NCBI GenBank assembly: GCA_963718915.1 | Contig: CAVRAI010000006.1 | Coordinates: 150,001-182,000 of the forward strand | Direction of reading: 5' to 3' | Source of the DNA: an uncultured Chloroflexia bacterium | GTDB lineage: Bacteria; Chloroflexota; Ktedonobacteria; Ktedonobacterales; JADMIN01 | Length of the DNA: 32,000 nucleotides | In this document: one piece after another, positions 1 through 8,688 of the stretch | How the letters are laid out: each line of letters opens with the position of its first letter | Position numbering within the stretch: position 1 is the stretch's first letter | Notes under the pieces: model-generated | Told to the model about the DNA's origin: nothing | Databases searched by the model: none | The model's input: only the letters and a program-made list of their open reading frames with translations | Program-made: the position numbers and the translations under genes

Positions 1-1024
1 CGACATCATTGTTAGGCACGACGTAGCCGGTTTCATTGTGGGTGACCAGTTCGCGATTACCACCTACGTCGGTTGCGACCACCGGTTTGCGCGCAAACAT
101 CGCCTGAATGATAGTTAGGCTGGCGCCTTCGCCATATCGCGACGGGGCCGCGAGAATATCCATGGCCGTCATGAGATCAGGCGCGTCGCGCCGCTCACCC
201 AGCAAATGGAAGCGCGTCGGGTCAGGCGATTCAGCGATCAGTCGATGCAGCGTATCGATCGCGTCGGTCTGGCCCGGCACTGGCCCGCCCGCGATGAAAC
301 AGTGCAATCGTGGGAAGTAGGGCATCAGCCGTGAGACAGCCTGTACGCACAAGTCTGGCGCTTTCATATGCGAGATACGCGCTACCATTCCGACGACGAT
401 GTCTTCAGGGGTAAGCCCCAACTCGGCACGGACACGTTCGCGGCCACTCGCATTCATCCAGGTTCCCGGCTCTTTGCCGTTATAGATTACAACACCCTTC
501 GCGCGAGCCTCGGGTGTCACCAGAATGTTCTCCAGCGCCGCCTGGCTCACACCGACTACGCGCTGTGAGTGCGACGGCACAAAGCGACGCATCAGGGTGA
601 CAAGCGGCTTTGGGCCTTCGAGTGTCTCATGAATGTGCCAGACATGCGGGCGCTTCGTCCTCGTAGCGGCCAGGGCTCCGGTCCAGGGAGCAAGGGTATT
701 CGTGTGGACGAGATCCACCTGCTCGCGCCGTATGATCTCCGAGACGGCACTTACAGAGGTGCGGACGCGGCCAAGGAAGCCTGGAAATGCTGACGGTGAA
801 AGATACTTGCGCCGTGCCACGGCAATCGGGAATGAATGAACCAGAATGTTCGACTTTTCCAGTTCAGCGCTCAACAAGCCGCTGTACTCCATGTCGTTGG
901 CCAACAGGACGAGCGGATTGAATCGGCTGCGATCCAGCCCACGAAGCAGGTACAGCAAAGAGATGTCGGCGCCATAGAGCTCATTACTGGGATGTAAGAA
1001 CAGCACCCGTACCGGTTCGCGCAT
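1..1024 (-). CDS. Glycosyltransferase family 4 (group 1, GT-B fold); C-terminus cut by window edge
   Basis: Absent from the ORF track because it runs off the window. My reverse-strand translation starts at the ATG that is the complement of 1022-1024, preceded by AGGAGA. It reads MREPVRVLFLHPSNELYGADISLLYLLRGL... and ends ...AMFARKPVVATDVGGNRELVTHNETGYVVPNNDV. That is the typical C-terminal nucleotide-sugar binding region of group-1 glycosyltransferases. No stop occurs in the stretches I translated (about 80 N-terminal codons and the C-terminal end); the ORF would span about 341 codons. Confidence 0.85.
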   Translation of the reverse strand, partial: MREPVRVLFLHPSNELYGADISLLYLLRGLDRSRFNPLVLLANDMEYSGLLSAELEKSNILVHSFPIAVARRKYLSPSAFPGFLGRVRTSVSAVSEIIRREQVDLVHTNTLAPWTGALAATRTKRPHVWHIHETLEGPKPLVTLMRRFVPSHSQRVVGVSQAALENILVTPEARAKGVVIYNGKEPGTWMNASGRERVRAELGLTPEDIVVGMVARISHMKAPDLCVQAVSRLMPYFPRLHCFIAGGPVPGQTDAIDTLHRLIAESPDPTRFHLLGERRDAPDLMTAMDILAAPSRYGEGASLTIIQAMFARKPVVATDVGGNRELVTHNETGYVVPNNDV

Positions 1025-1507
1025 GCCTTATGAATCTCCTTGGAGCTGCTCATCAGTGGACCTTCGCGGAAACGTCTTTACTCGGCCAATGAACCGGTTG
1101 CAACGTGTATCGATCGTCTTCAAACTGTCCAACGAAAGGGCGATCCTTACCGGGAAAGGTATTGTAGGTTGCCAGTTTGGTAATGCTGCGGCTTAGGTCG
1201 CAGCGGCGAGGTTGCGCGGAGCGTAGACGTGCGACCCGGCGCCGACTGGAGCGAACCGGTTCGCGCATCGAGAAGCCTTCACTTGCTCTGCTGCAGACGA
1301 TCACCCCATCTGCCACACTGCGGCGGATTACCTGAATCCAGCGCACATCAATACTAGTACAACTGCATGCTTGTCCACACGAAAGTATGACTATACTCCT
1401 AACCCTATCGCTCTTGACATTGCCGCTGGCGACTCGAACATAACCGTGCAATCAATCCGATCTGACGCCCGATAGGTTTCTCAATGTATCTCCCAGTGAA
1501 GGAGAGC

Positions 1508-1819
1508 ATGAGTTGCGCATCCTTGAGCAGTACGGCGATGGCGAACTCAGCAGCGGAGCCGGGCGCAGTGAGCCTGCTTGATCCATCCCATTGGTGGCTC
1601 GACGCCGACTCTAGCTCTGGCGCTGCTCCATTGAGCACGGCCGACGGTGGTCAGCATTGGACTATGCTCCCGTCGGCCGCCCCGTTCGCGCAGGTGTCGG
1701 CGCTCAGTTTCGTCTCCGCCACGCAGGGCTGGGCAATTGACAGTGCGGGCCTGCTGCGAACCGACGACGGGGGTGGCGCCTGGACCGTCCTGGCTCCCGC
1801 ATCGGCGGCTGCATCATGA
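1508..1819 (+). CDS. Small hypothetical protein with two BNR/Asp-box-like repeats (possible fragment of a Ycf48/sialidase-like beta-propeller protein)
   Basis: ATG at 1508 is preceded by GAAGGAGA. The product contains STADGGQHWT and RTDDGGGAWT, which fit the S/T-x-D-G-G-x-x-W Asp-box pattern. At about 103 aa it is far shorter than normal propeller proteins, so it may be a remnant. Confidence 0.4.
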   Translation: MSCASLSSTAMANSAAEPGAVSLLDPSHWWLDADSSSGAAPLSTADGGQHWTMLPSAAPFAQVSALSFVSATQGWAIDSAGLLRTDDGGGAWTVLAPASAAAS

Positions 1820-1882
1820 ACGCTGAGGGTGATTTCAGAGGCGGCAGTCTGGTTCCCAGCGCCAGCGAACCTCGTCAATGGC

Positions 1883-2704
1883 CTACGACTGCCCCTGCGC
1901 GCGGCGCTGGAAAGCGATGCCTGCGCCATCTTCCGCGCGGTCGGGGTCGGCCTTTGTTAGCTCGATGAGTAGCTGGATGTCCGGGTTCGGCGCCAGTGTC
2001 AGGTCGCGTTTACCCTCGCGCGCCGCCTGCAGAATCTCGTCGGCCACCTGCTCCGGCTTGAGCAGCACCTCGATCTCCAGCCCGCCGCTCTGCTCCGTCG
2101 CCTGCTGCACCATCGGCGTATCCACCCACGCCGGATAGACCGTCGTGATGCCGATGCCCGTCCCGAACAGTTCGGCGCGCATCGCGCCAGAGAAGCCGCG
2201 CACGGCCCACTTGCTGGCGCAGTAGCCGGAGAGCGTCGGCACGCCCAACTTGCCCGCCACCGAGCTGAGCAGTACGATCTGGCCGCCGCCCTGCGCGCGC
2301 ATCGTCGGCACGACCGCCTGGACGCAGTTGTAGACGCCCATCACGTTGACATTCAGCATCTGGCGCATGTCCGCTGAGGACAAATCCTCGATTCGCCCGC
2401 CGCGCCCGATGCCCGCGCTCGCCACCAGCAGATCGATCCGCCCGGTCAGCTCCAGCGCCGCCTGTATTAGGGCGCGCACCTGCGCGTCATCCGTCACGTC
2501 CGTGGCCACCGTCGCGACCCGCTCCGCCGCATCAGTCGCCCCGCCGCGCACACTTTCCGCCGCTGTCCGCAGCCCGTCCGCGTTGATATCCGCCAGCACG
2601 ACGTGCGCGCCCTGCGTGTGGAGCGCCCGCGCCGTCGCCAGCCCGATGCCACTCGCCCCGCCGGTTATCACTGCCACCGCGCCGTTGAAATCCTCGATTG
2701 CCAT
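1883..2704 (-). CDS. Short-chain dehydrogenase/reductase (SDR) family oxidoreductase
   Basis: 273 aa. N-terminal Rossmann motif VITGGASGIG (TGxxxGxG) and catalytic YCASK (YxxxK). Length is typical of classical SDRs. Confidence 0.9.
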   Translation of the reverse strand: MAIEDFNGAVAVITGGASGIGLATARALHTQGAHVVLADINADGLRTAAESVRGGATDAAERVATVATDVTDDAQVRALIQAALELTGRIDLLVASAGIGRGGRIEDLSSADMRQMLNVNVMGVYNCVQAVVPTMRAQGGGQIVLLSSVAGKLGVPTLSGYCASKWAVRGFSGAMRAELFGTGIGITTVYPAWVDTPMVQQATEQSGGLEIEVLLKPEQVADEILQAAREGKRDLTLAPNPDIQLLIELTKADPDRAEDGAGIAFQRRAQGQS

Positions 2705-2731
2705 CGTTCTTCCGCTCCTGATTAAGCTGGA

Positions 2732-3940
2732 CTACTGGCCATACTGCCGCAACATGGACCGCGCAATCGCGCGCTTGTGCACCTCGTCCGGGCCATCCGC
2801 CAGCCGCAGCGTGCGCCCGCCCGCGTACATGCCCGCCAGCGGGAAGTCGTCGCTGACGCCTGCCCCGCCGAACGCCTGGATGGCTCGGTCGGCCACGCGC
2901 GTCATCAGGTTCGGCGCGACCACCTTGATCATCGCGATCTCGTTCTGCGCCGCCTTCTTGCCAACGGTATCGATCATCCACGCCGCCTTCAGCGTCAGCA
3001 GTCGCGTCTGCTCGATCTCGATGGCCGACGCGGCGATCCACTCCTGGATGACGCCCTGCTGGGCCAGCGGTTTGCCAAAGGCGACACGTCCTGAGACGCG
3101 CGCGCACATCAGTTCCAGCGCCCGTTGCGCCGCGCCGATGCAGCGCATGCAGTGGTGGATGCGTCCCGGCCCCAGCCGCGCCTCGGCAATCGCGAAGCCG
3201 TCGCCCTCGCCGCCCAGGATGTTGCTCGCGGGGACGCGCACGCCCTCGAACGTGACCTCGCAGTGGCTCTCGTTCTCGATATAGCCGAAGACGGGCAGAT
3301 TGCGCACCACCGTGACGCCCGGCGTCTCCACTGGCACGAGGATCATGCTCTGCTGGCGGTGCCGGTCGGGCGAGTCGGGCGCGGTCTTGCCCATCACGAT
3401 CAGGATCTTGCAGCGCGGTCGCATTGCTCCTGAAATCCACCACTTATGCCCGTCGAGCACGTACTCGTCGCCCTCGCGGCGGATGGTGAGCTGGATGTTG
3501 GTGGCGTCCGAGCTGGCGACCTCTGGCTCAGTCATCGCGAAGGCGGAGCGTATCTCGCCATCCAAAAGCGGTTGCAGCCAGTCGCGCTTCTGGTCGGGCG
3601 TGCCGAACTGCGCCAGAATCTCCATATTGCCGGTGTCGGGCGCGCTACAGTTGAAGACCTCCGGCGCCCAGTGGACGCGTCCGGTAATCTCTGCCAGCGG
3701 CGCATACTCCAGGTTGGTTAGCCCTCCGCCATACTCGTTATCAGGCAGGAAGAGGTTCCATAACCCCTCGGTTCGCGCCTGTGCTTTCAATTCATCGACA
3801 ATCTCGGCGTGATGAAACGGATTGCCCGAGGCGGCAATCTGCTCGCGGTAGGCGCGCTCGTTCGGGTAAACGTGGCGCTCCATGAAGTCGTTCATGCGCG
3901 CGCGCAGTTCGTTGACCTTCTCGCTATAGGCGAAATCCAT
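2732..3940 (-). CDS. Acyl-CoA dehydrogenase (FadE2 / ACAD10-11-like subgroup)
   Basis: 402 aa. N-terminus [28 protein letters not shown], central [12 protein letters not shown], and C-terminal [15 protein letters not shown], which is characteristic of this ACAD subgroup. GGAGGGAG lies upstream of the ATG. Confidence 0.9.
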   Translation of the reverse strand: MDFAYSEKVNELRARMNDFMERHVYPNERAYREQIAASGNPFHHAEIVDELKAQARTEGLWNLFLPDNEYGGGLTNLEYAPLAEITGRVHWAPEVFNCSAPDTGNMEILAQFGTPDQKRDWLQPLLDGEIRSAFAMTEPEVASSDATNIQLTIRREGDEYVLDGHKWWISGAMRPRCKILIVMGKTAPDSPDRHRQQSMILVPVETPGVTVVRNLPVFGYIENESHCEVTFEGVRVPASNILGGEGDGFAIAEARLGPGRIHHCMRCIGAAQRALELMCARVSGRVAFGKPLAQQGVIQEWIAASAIEIEQTRLLTLKAAWMIDTVGKKAAQNEIAMIKVVAPNLMTRVADRAIQAFGGAGVSDDFPLAGMYAGGRTLRLADGPDEVHKRAIARSMLRQYGQ

Positions 3941-4002
3941 TGGAAGCTCCCTCCTCGCACGGCTGCTCCAGACGACCGCGAAACCTCACGCACATGATAC
4001 GC

Positions 4003-4015
4003 CGAACAGTGTTCG
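4003..4015. promoter_or_regulatory. Perfect 13-bp palindrome CGAACA-G-TGTTCG, 63 bp upstream of the acyl-CoA dehydrogenase start; candidate operator
   Basis: Read directly: CGAACA at 4003-4008, centre G at 4009, TGTTCG at 4010-4015. The half-site equals the CCGAACAC/GTGTTCGG motif found in the intergenic repeat copies. Confidence 0.25.
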
Positions 4016-4022
4016 CACAACA

Positions 4023-4053
4023 GGCGCCCCGACGTGTGAACCACCGGGGCGCC
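4023..4053 (-). terminator. GC-rich hairpin (9-bp perfect stem GGCGCCCCG / CGGGGCGCC, 13-nt loop) downstream of the binding-protein gene
   Basis: Stem arms at 4023-4031 and 4045-4053. On the minus strand it is followed by TGTTGTG, a weak U-tract. It sits between the SBP stop (4278) and the next gene start (3940). Confidence 0.35.
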
Positions 4054-4083
4054 CAGGAGATGTATCTGATGACATTCAGCGCG

Positions 4084-4265
4084 TTTTAGGAAATAGCAAG
4101 GATACGCTACCATGGCGGGCGGCTTGCGTCTGGGGGAGCCTGCCGGAGCATGAATGCCCCGGCGAATTCCCCCTGTCCTAACAGTTCGTCCGCCTACTCG
4201 CCGTAGCGTTTACGCTACGGCCCGCTTCCCAGCACTGCTTTGCTGCCTGCCGCATTTCGAACACC
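4084..4265 (+). repeat. Structured intergenic repeat, copy 1 (longer variant with an internal insertion)
   Basis: Shares ordered blocks with the other copies: GTTTTAGGAAAT, GAGCCTGCCGGAGC, GAATGCCCC, GCGAATTCC, and the hairpin GCCGTAGCG-TTTA-CGCTACGGC at 4200-4221. Confidence 0.7.
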
Positions 4266-4277
4266 GCATGAACACTA

Positions 4278-5567
4278 CTAGAAGTTCGACTTGGCCGCGC
4301 AGGAGCCGACGAAGTCGCCACTCAGATTCTTGAAGTTATTCGGAATCGTCGTGTCGATGCCGTAGACGCTGTTGTCGCGGGTAGGAACGCGCTGGTTGGG
4401 CGCCGAGCCATACTGCGCATTGGCGCCGAACAGCCCGCCCAGGTCCACCGTGCCCAGCGAGTTGAAGGCTTTGAGCAGGCCATCTCGCGTCAGGTCGCCG
4501 TTGGCGATAGCCTTCTTCAGGATCGCGTAGGTGACTTTGGCTTCAGCATACCCGAACTGGAAGTAGCCGTCAGGCTGCTGGGTTGGGGCATACTTCGCGA
4601 CATTCTGCAGCATCTCGGCCATGCCCGGCTGGCTCGTGTCGCCCCAGGTTGCCCCCTGCGCCACGACCCACACGCTCTTCTCCAGCAGTCCGGTGAATTG
4701 CGGTGAGACAGCCAGCAGCCCATTCGCCCACGCCGGACTGTTCAGAATCCACTGTGGGAAGTAGCCAAGCTGGGCCGCGGTGCCGATGATGCCCGCAGCG
4801 ACGGTGGGAATGGCAGTCAGGACGACGAACTGCGCGCCCGCCTGCTTCATCTTGGTGACCTGCGCAGTATACGTCGTATCCGTCAGCTCATAGGTCGCCT
4901 GCGCGACATTGTTCAGGGACGTATAGCAGCCAAGCGCCTCGTTGTAGCCAGTAACACCATCCTGACCGTAGGCGTCATCCTGGGAGATGATGCCCACCTT
5001 GGGATTCGTGACGCCCAGCTGCGTGGCCACTTTGGTCGCGTACTCGAGGCCGTTTTCGACTTGCAGCCGATACGGCGTCCCAATCAGAATCATATATTGC
5101 TGGCGTGCCAGGATTGAGTCCAGCGAGGCGGCGGAGACCAGCATCTTATCGCGCTCAGACAGGCTCACGATGGCCTGTGTGGTCGGGGAGCCAAGACTCT
5201 CGGCCAGCATCAACACCTGATTGTGAATCTGGTTATACATCTGAACCTGGGTCTGTGGGTCGTATTTCGAGTCCTTCTCGATCAGGTTGATCTTGTAGCC
5301 GTCGATGCCGCCGCTGGCGTTGACAGCATCGAAATAGGTCTCGATGCCTTTGGTCAGCGGAATGCCGATAGGCGCCGCCACCGGCCCGGAAAGCGGTGTG
5401 AGAACACCGAGATCGATCGTCTTCTTGGCCGTGTCAACGCCGGGTCCAGCTTTGATCCCGCCGCCACCAGAGGTACTGCAAGCCGAGAGAAATGTGCCAA
5501 GAACGACGAGGACGGTCAACACGCCCAGCAGATGGCCACGCGCGCGCCGCGACAGATGAATCGCCAT
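4278..5567 (-). CDS. ABC transporter substrate-binding lipoprotein, LivK / Peripla_BP_6 type
   Basis: I chose the internal ATG (complement of 5565-5567), which is preceded by GAGGGGGA. It gives MAIHLSRRARGHLLGVLTVLVVLGTFLSAC, a signal peptide with lipobox LSAC. The body is typical of the branched-chain amino-acid binding protein family (GVLTPLSGPVA..., DSKYDPQ...). The 520-aa version in the ORF track would overlap the upstream permease gene. Confidence 0.85.
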   Translation of the reverse strand: MAIHLSRRARGHLLGVLTVLVVLGTFLSACSTSGGGGIKAGPGVDTAKKTIDLGVLTPLSGPVAAPIGIPLTKGIETYFDAVNASGGIDGYKINLIEKDSKYDPQTQVQMYNQIHNQVLMLAESLGSPTTQAIVSLSERDKMLVSAASLDSILARQQYMILIGTPYRLQVENGLEYATKVATQLGVTNPKVGIISQDDAYGQDGVTGYNEALGCYTSLNNVAQATYELTDTTYTAQVTKMKQAGAQFVVLTAIPTVAAGIIGTAAQLGYFPQWILNSPAWANGLLAVSPQFTGLLEKSVWVVAQGATWGDTSQPGMAEMLQNVAKYAPTQQPDGYFQFGYAEAKVTYAILKKAIANGDLTRDGLLKAFNSLGTVDLGGLFGANAQYGSAPNQRVPTRDNSVYGIDTTIPNNFKNLSGDFVGSCAAKSNF

Positions 5568-5646
5568 GAGTTCCCCCTCTCGAAGACAGATGAACGGTGA
5601 CGGATGCTCGGTGGGTCGAACACCGTCCGCTCGCGAGCAACGCGCA

Positions 5647-6873
5647 TTAGACGGGCGGTTGAGGCGCGTCTGTGCGTTGCGCAAGATCCACGCGCTCGAC
5701 GTCGAGCTGGAATGCATGCTCCGATGAGGCCGTCGTGGCCAGCTCACCTCCTTTGCGTCGCGCTTCAAAGCGCTGGATTGCCGCACGGAACCGACGGATA
5801 AGGCCAATGAAGCCCGCCGGCTCGTACAACAGGAAGACAATAATCAACAGGCCGTAGAGTACCGCGCTCAGGTTGCCGGGTGAGAGCAGCGTCGAACTGG
5901 TATTTTGTGGCAGGATCGAGAAGGTGTTGAGCGCGGTCGGCACGGCGAAGACGAAGGCCGCCCCCAGGATGGATCCCCAGACGCTGGCGACCCCGCCAAT
6001 CAGGATGGCGGCGATGAACCCAATAGAGAAGACCAGGCTCCATGTTCCCGGCGTGGCGATGCCCACAAACGAGCTATAGAGCGCGCCCGCGATACCTGCC
6101 AGAAATGATGAAAGGATAAAGGCGCCCATCTTCGCCTGGAGCAGATTGACGCCCATGATCGAGGCCGCGACCTCGTTATCCCGCACCGCCTGCCAGGCCC
6201 GGCCAATCCGCGTGCGCGCCACATTGCCCACGAAGACCGCCGCGACTCCCAGCAGCAGCAGCAGGAGCAGGAAAAACCACTGGTTCGTCGTCAGATCCAG
6301 TCCTAATACCGTCGTGGGACTAGCGAATGAGAAGTCGCCGAAGCTGGGGGTCGGGAAATCGAGGCGTCCCTGCGTGCCGCCAGTGATGGATTTCAGGTTG
6401 ATGAACAGGTATTGTCCGATGAAGATCAGCGCCAATGTGACGATGCCAAGGTAGAAGCCTTTGAGGCGCAGCGCCGTCGGGCCGATCAGCGCGCCGATCA
6501 GCGCCGGAACGATACCAGCGGCGGGCAGCCAGATCAGGAACGAGAGACCCAGGCCAGTCGGGTCGCCGGGGAAAATTGGTGGGCCTCCGCCCAGCCAGCC
6601 AGCCGTGTAGGCGCCGACACCCATAAAGAAGGCAATGCCGAGCGAGACCTGCCCCGCGTAGCCCGAAAGCACATTCAGGCCGAGCGCGGCAATGGCGGTG
6701 ACCATCGTGTAGTCGAGGACCGAGACCCAGCCATCACCGCCAAAGAGGAATATCAGCGCCAGAAGAATAATGCCGAAAAGCAGCAGCGCGCGATTCCGCG
6801 AGGAGCGCAGCAGCCCACGGCGCGCGACAACTGGCGTCGCCGGAGGAGTGGTGGCAGGCGTGGAGGCGCTCAT
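5647..6873 (-). CDS. Branched-chain amino acid-type ABC transporter permease (LivM-like)
   Basis: 408 aa and highly hydrophobic, with multiple predicted TM segments. Its ATGA overlaps the upstream LivH-like stop (tcat at 6870-6873 on the + strand). Confidence 0.88.
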   Translation of the reverse strand: MSASTPATTPPATPVVARRGLLRSSRNRALLLFGIILLALIFLFGGDGWVSVLDYTMVTAIAALGLNVLSGYAGQVSLGIAFFMGVGAYTAGWLGGGPPIFPGDPTGLGLSFLIWLPAAGIVPALIGALIGPTALRLKGFYLGIVTLALIFIGQYLFINLKSITGGTQGRLDFPTPSFGDFSFASPTTVLGLDLTTNQWFFLLLLLLLGVAAVFVGNVARTRIGRAWQAVRDNEVAASIMGVNLLQAKMGAFILSSFLAGIAGALYSSFVGIATPGTWSLVFSIGFIAAILIGGVASVWGSILGAAFVFAVPTALNTFSILPQNTSSTLLSPGNLSAVLYGLLIIVFLLYEPAGFIGLIRRFRAAIQRFEARRKGGELATTASSEHAFQLDVERVDLAQRTDAPQPPV

Positions 6874-7769
6874 ATCCGCTCCACCTTTCGGGTGCCGAAA
6901 AGCCCATATGGGCGGATCAGCAGGACGAGGATCATGACCAGATACGGCGCAATGAGGTGAAAATTCGTGCCGAGGAAGCCGCTTGTCTCGTAACCCTGCG
7001 TCAGGACATAGACCAGCCCGATGATGATGCCGCCAACCACCGCGCCGGGGATCGAGTCCAGCCCGCCGAGGATGATCGCCGGGAAGGCGACCAGCGCGGC
7101 TTGCCCCAGACCCACGTCGAAGGCGGGATTGCCCGCGCCCGCCGAGAGAAAGACGCCGCCGATGGTGGCGATAGCTCCCGAGATGCCCCAGGCCAGCGCG
7201 TAGACCGTCGAGATTCTGATGCCCATCGCCCGCGCCGCCTCCTGATCGATGGCGGTGGCGCGCATCGCCAGCCCGTAGCGGGTGTAGCGCAGGAAGGCGA
7301 AGAGCGCCGCACAGATCAACGCGGTGACGACAATGCTTGCGATGGCGTTGGCGCCGAATTTGACGCTGCCAATGGTGATGGCGCTCAGGATGTCGAACGG
7401 TGCGGGCGAGGCCGGATTATTTCCACCTACCAGTATCTCGACCGCCGTCAAGAGCAGGACATCGAGGCCGATGGTGACCATGATGATGGTGAAGGGTGGC
7501 CGCCCGATCATGCGCCGTAAGACGACCCGCTCGAAGATCACGCCGATCAGCGCGGTGACGAGCATGCCGATCAGCAGCGCCGGGATGAAGCCGAGCTTCC
7601 ACGAGAACATCGCCACCGAGACGACGAAGGTTCCCACCAGCAGAAACTCGCCCTGCGCGAAGTTGATGACCTCGCTGGCTTTGAAGATAATCGTGAAGCC
7701 CAGCGCGATCAGGGCGTAGTCACATCCGAGTGCGAGGCCCGAAAACACTAGCTGGATGAATGTCGTCAT
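6870..7769 (-). CDS. Branched-chain amino acid-type ABC transporter permease (LivH-like)
   Basis: Start chosen at MTTFIQLVFSGLALG (complement of 7767-7769), preceded by AGGAGTGG. The product is a polytopic membrane protein with the NFAQGEF motif typical of LivH. Confidence 0.88.
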   Translation of the reverse strand: MTTFIQLVFSGLALGCDYALIALGFTIIFKASEVINFAQGEFLLVGTFVVSVAMFSWKLGFIPALLIGMLVTALIGVIFERVVLRRMIGRPPFTIIMVTIGLDVLLLTAVEILVGGNNPASPAPFDILSAITIGSVKFGANAIASIVVTALICAALFAFLRYTRYGLAMRATAIDQEAARAMGIRISTVYALAWGISGAIATIGGVFLSAGAGNPAFDVGLGQAALVAFPAIILGGLDSIPGAVVGGIIIGLVYVLTQGYETSGFLGTNFHLIAPYLVMILVLLIRPYGLFGTRKVERI

Positions 7770-7838
7770 TGCCACTCCTGCTCGCCGCGTCTGGCCCGCG
7801 GCTGGCCCCACTCTGCCTTGCCTGCTTGCCTTGCCTGC

Positions 7839-8688
7839 TCAGCCGTCCGAGTCTGTTCTCGCCTCCCCGCCCGCGGGCGCCTTCTCCGCCAGATCCTCAC
7901 CCAGATAGGCTCTGATGACCTCTGGGTTGGCCTGCACCTCCGCTGGCGCACCCCGCGCGATGACACGCCCGAAATCCAGCACCAGTATCCGGTCGGCAAT
8001 GCCCATCACCATCGCCATATCATGCTCGACCAGGATTTGTGTGATGCCAAGCTGCTCCTGGATATCCAGCATCACCGCCGCCAGGTCGTGGCTCTCTTCG
8101 AGGCTCATGCCCGCCACTGGCTCATCCAGCAGCAGAAGGCGTGGCTGCGCCGCCAGCGCCCGCGCCAGGTCGGCCCGCTTCTGCAGGCCAAACGGCAGGC
8201 TGCCTAGCGGACGGTCCTGAAAACGTTCCAGTCCCAGCAGCGCGAGCAGGCGCTGGCAATACGCCCGGTTCTCGCGCTCCTCCGCCGACGCCATGCCGAA
8301 ATACAGTCCGCCGCGCAAGATTCCGCTACGCATGCGACTATGCCGCCCCAGCAGCAGATAATCCATGACGGTGGTATGTGGGAATTGGCCCAGGTTCTGG
8401 AAGGTGCGCGCGATGCCCGCGCCCGCGATCTGGTCGGTGCGCAGCCGCAGGAGATTGCGCCCCTCGAAGCTCACCTCGCCAGCCACGGGACGGTAGACGC
8501 GCGAGAGCACGTTGAAGAGTGAGGTCTTGCCCGCGCCATTTGGCCCGATGATGGCAAATAGCTCGCCGGGCATCACCTCGAAGCTGACGTCCGAGAGCGC
8601 CGTCAGGCCAGAGAAGCGTACCGTGATATCGCGTACAGAGAGTATCGGCGATCTGTGTCTGAGCCGCTGCGTCTGATGGCGCGCTCAT
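7839..8688 (-). pseudogene. LivG-like ABC transporter ATP-binding protein with an N-terminal frame disruption
   Basis: The conserved domain is in one frame: ILSVRDITVRFSGLTALSDVSFEVMPGELFAIIGPNGAGKTS (Walker A), LPFGLQKRADLARAL (signature), LLLLDEPVAGM (Walker B). That frame has no ATG/GTG/TTG between the TGA at 8685-8687 and the codon just before Walker A. A strongly supported start, GAGAGGAGGTGGGCGCT-ATG at 8688, overlaps the LivF stop as ATGA and lies in a different frame. See findings. Confidence 0.7.

Noticed and set aside
1053-1451. 132-aa minus-strand ORF upstream of the glycosyltransferase
   Set aside because: No motif recognised, Arg-rich, and only moderate third-position GC when I read the codons. 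Only the 14-nt start duplication within it seems noteworthy (see findings), so it is not called as a gene.
2346-3443. Long ORFs (2346-3284 +, 2532-3443 -, and others) overlapping the SDR and acyl-CoA dehydrogenase genes
   Set aside because: Their products are Ala/Arg/Pro/Ser-rich low-complexity strings typical of off-frame or antisense reading in high-GC DNA. The ACAD and SDR frames carry clear family motifs.
4003-4015. CGAACAGTGTTCG as a LexA/Cheo-type SOS box
   Set aside because: Gram-positive-type SOS boxes are GAAC-N4-GTTC. Here the spacing is GAAC-N3-GTTC, and the downstream gene is not SOS-related.
5568-5840. N-terminal 91-aa extension of the binding-protein ORF given in the track (start at 5840)
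   Set aside because: The extension overlaps the 3' end of the LivM-like gene and is Ser/Arg-rich. The internal ATG at 5567 has a GAGGGGGA Shine-Dalgarno sequence and yields a proper lipoprotein signal peptide.
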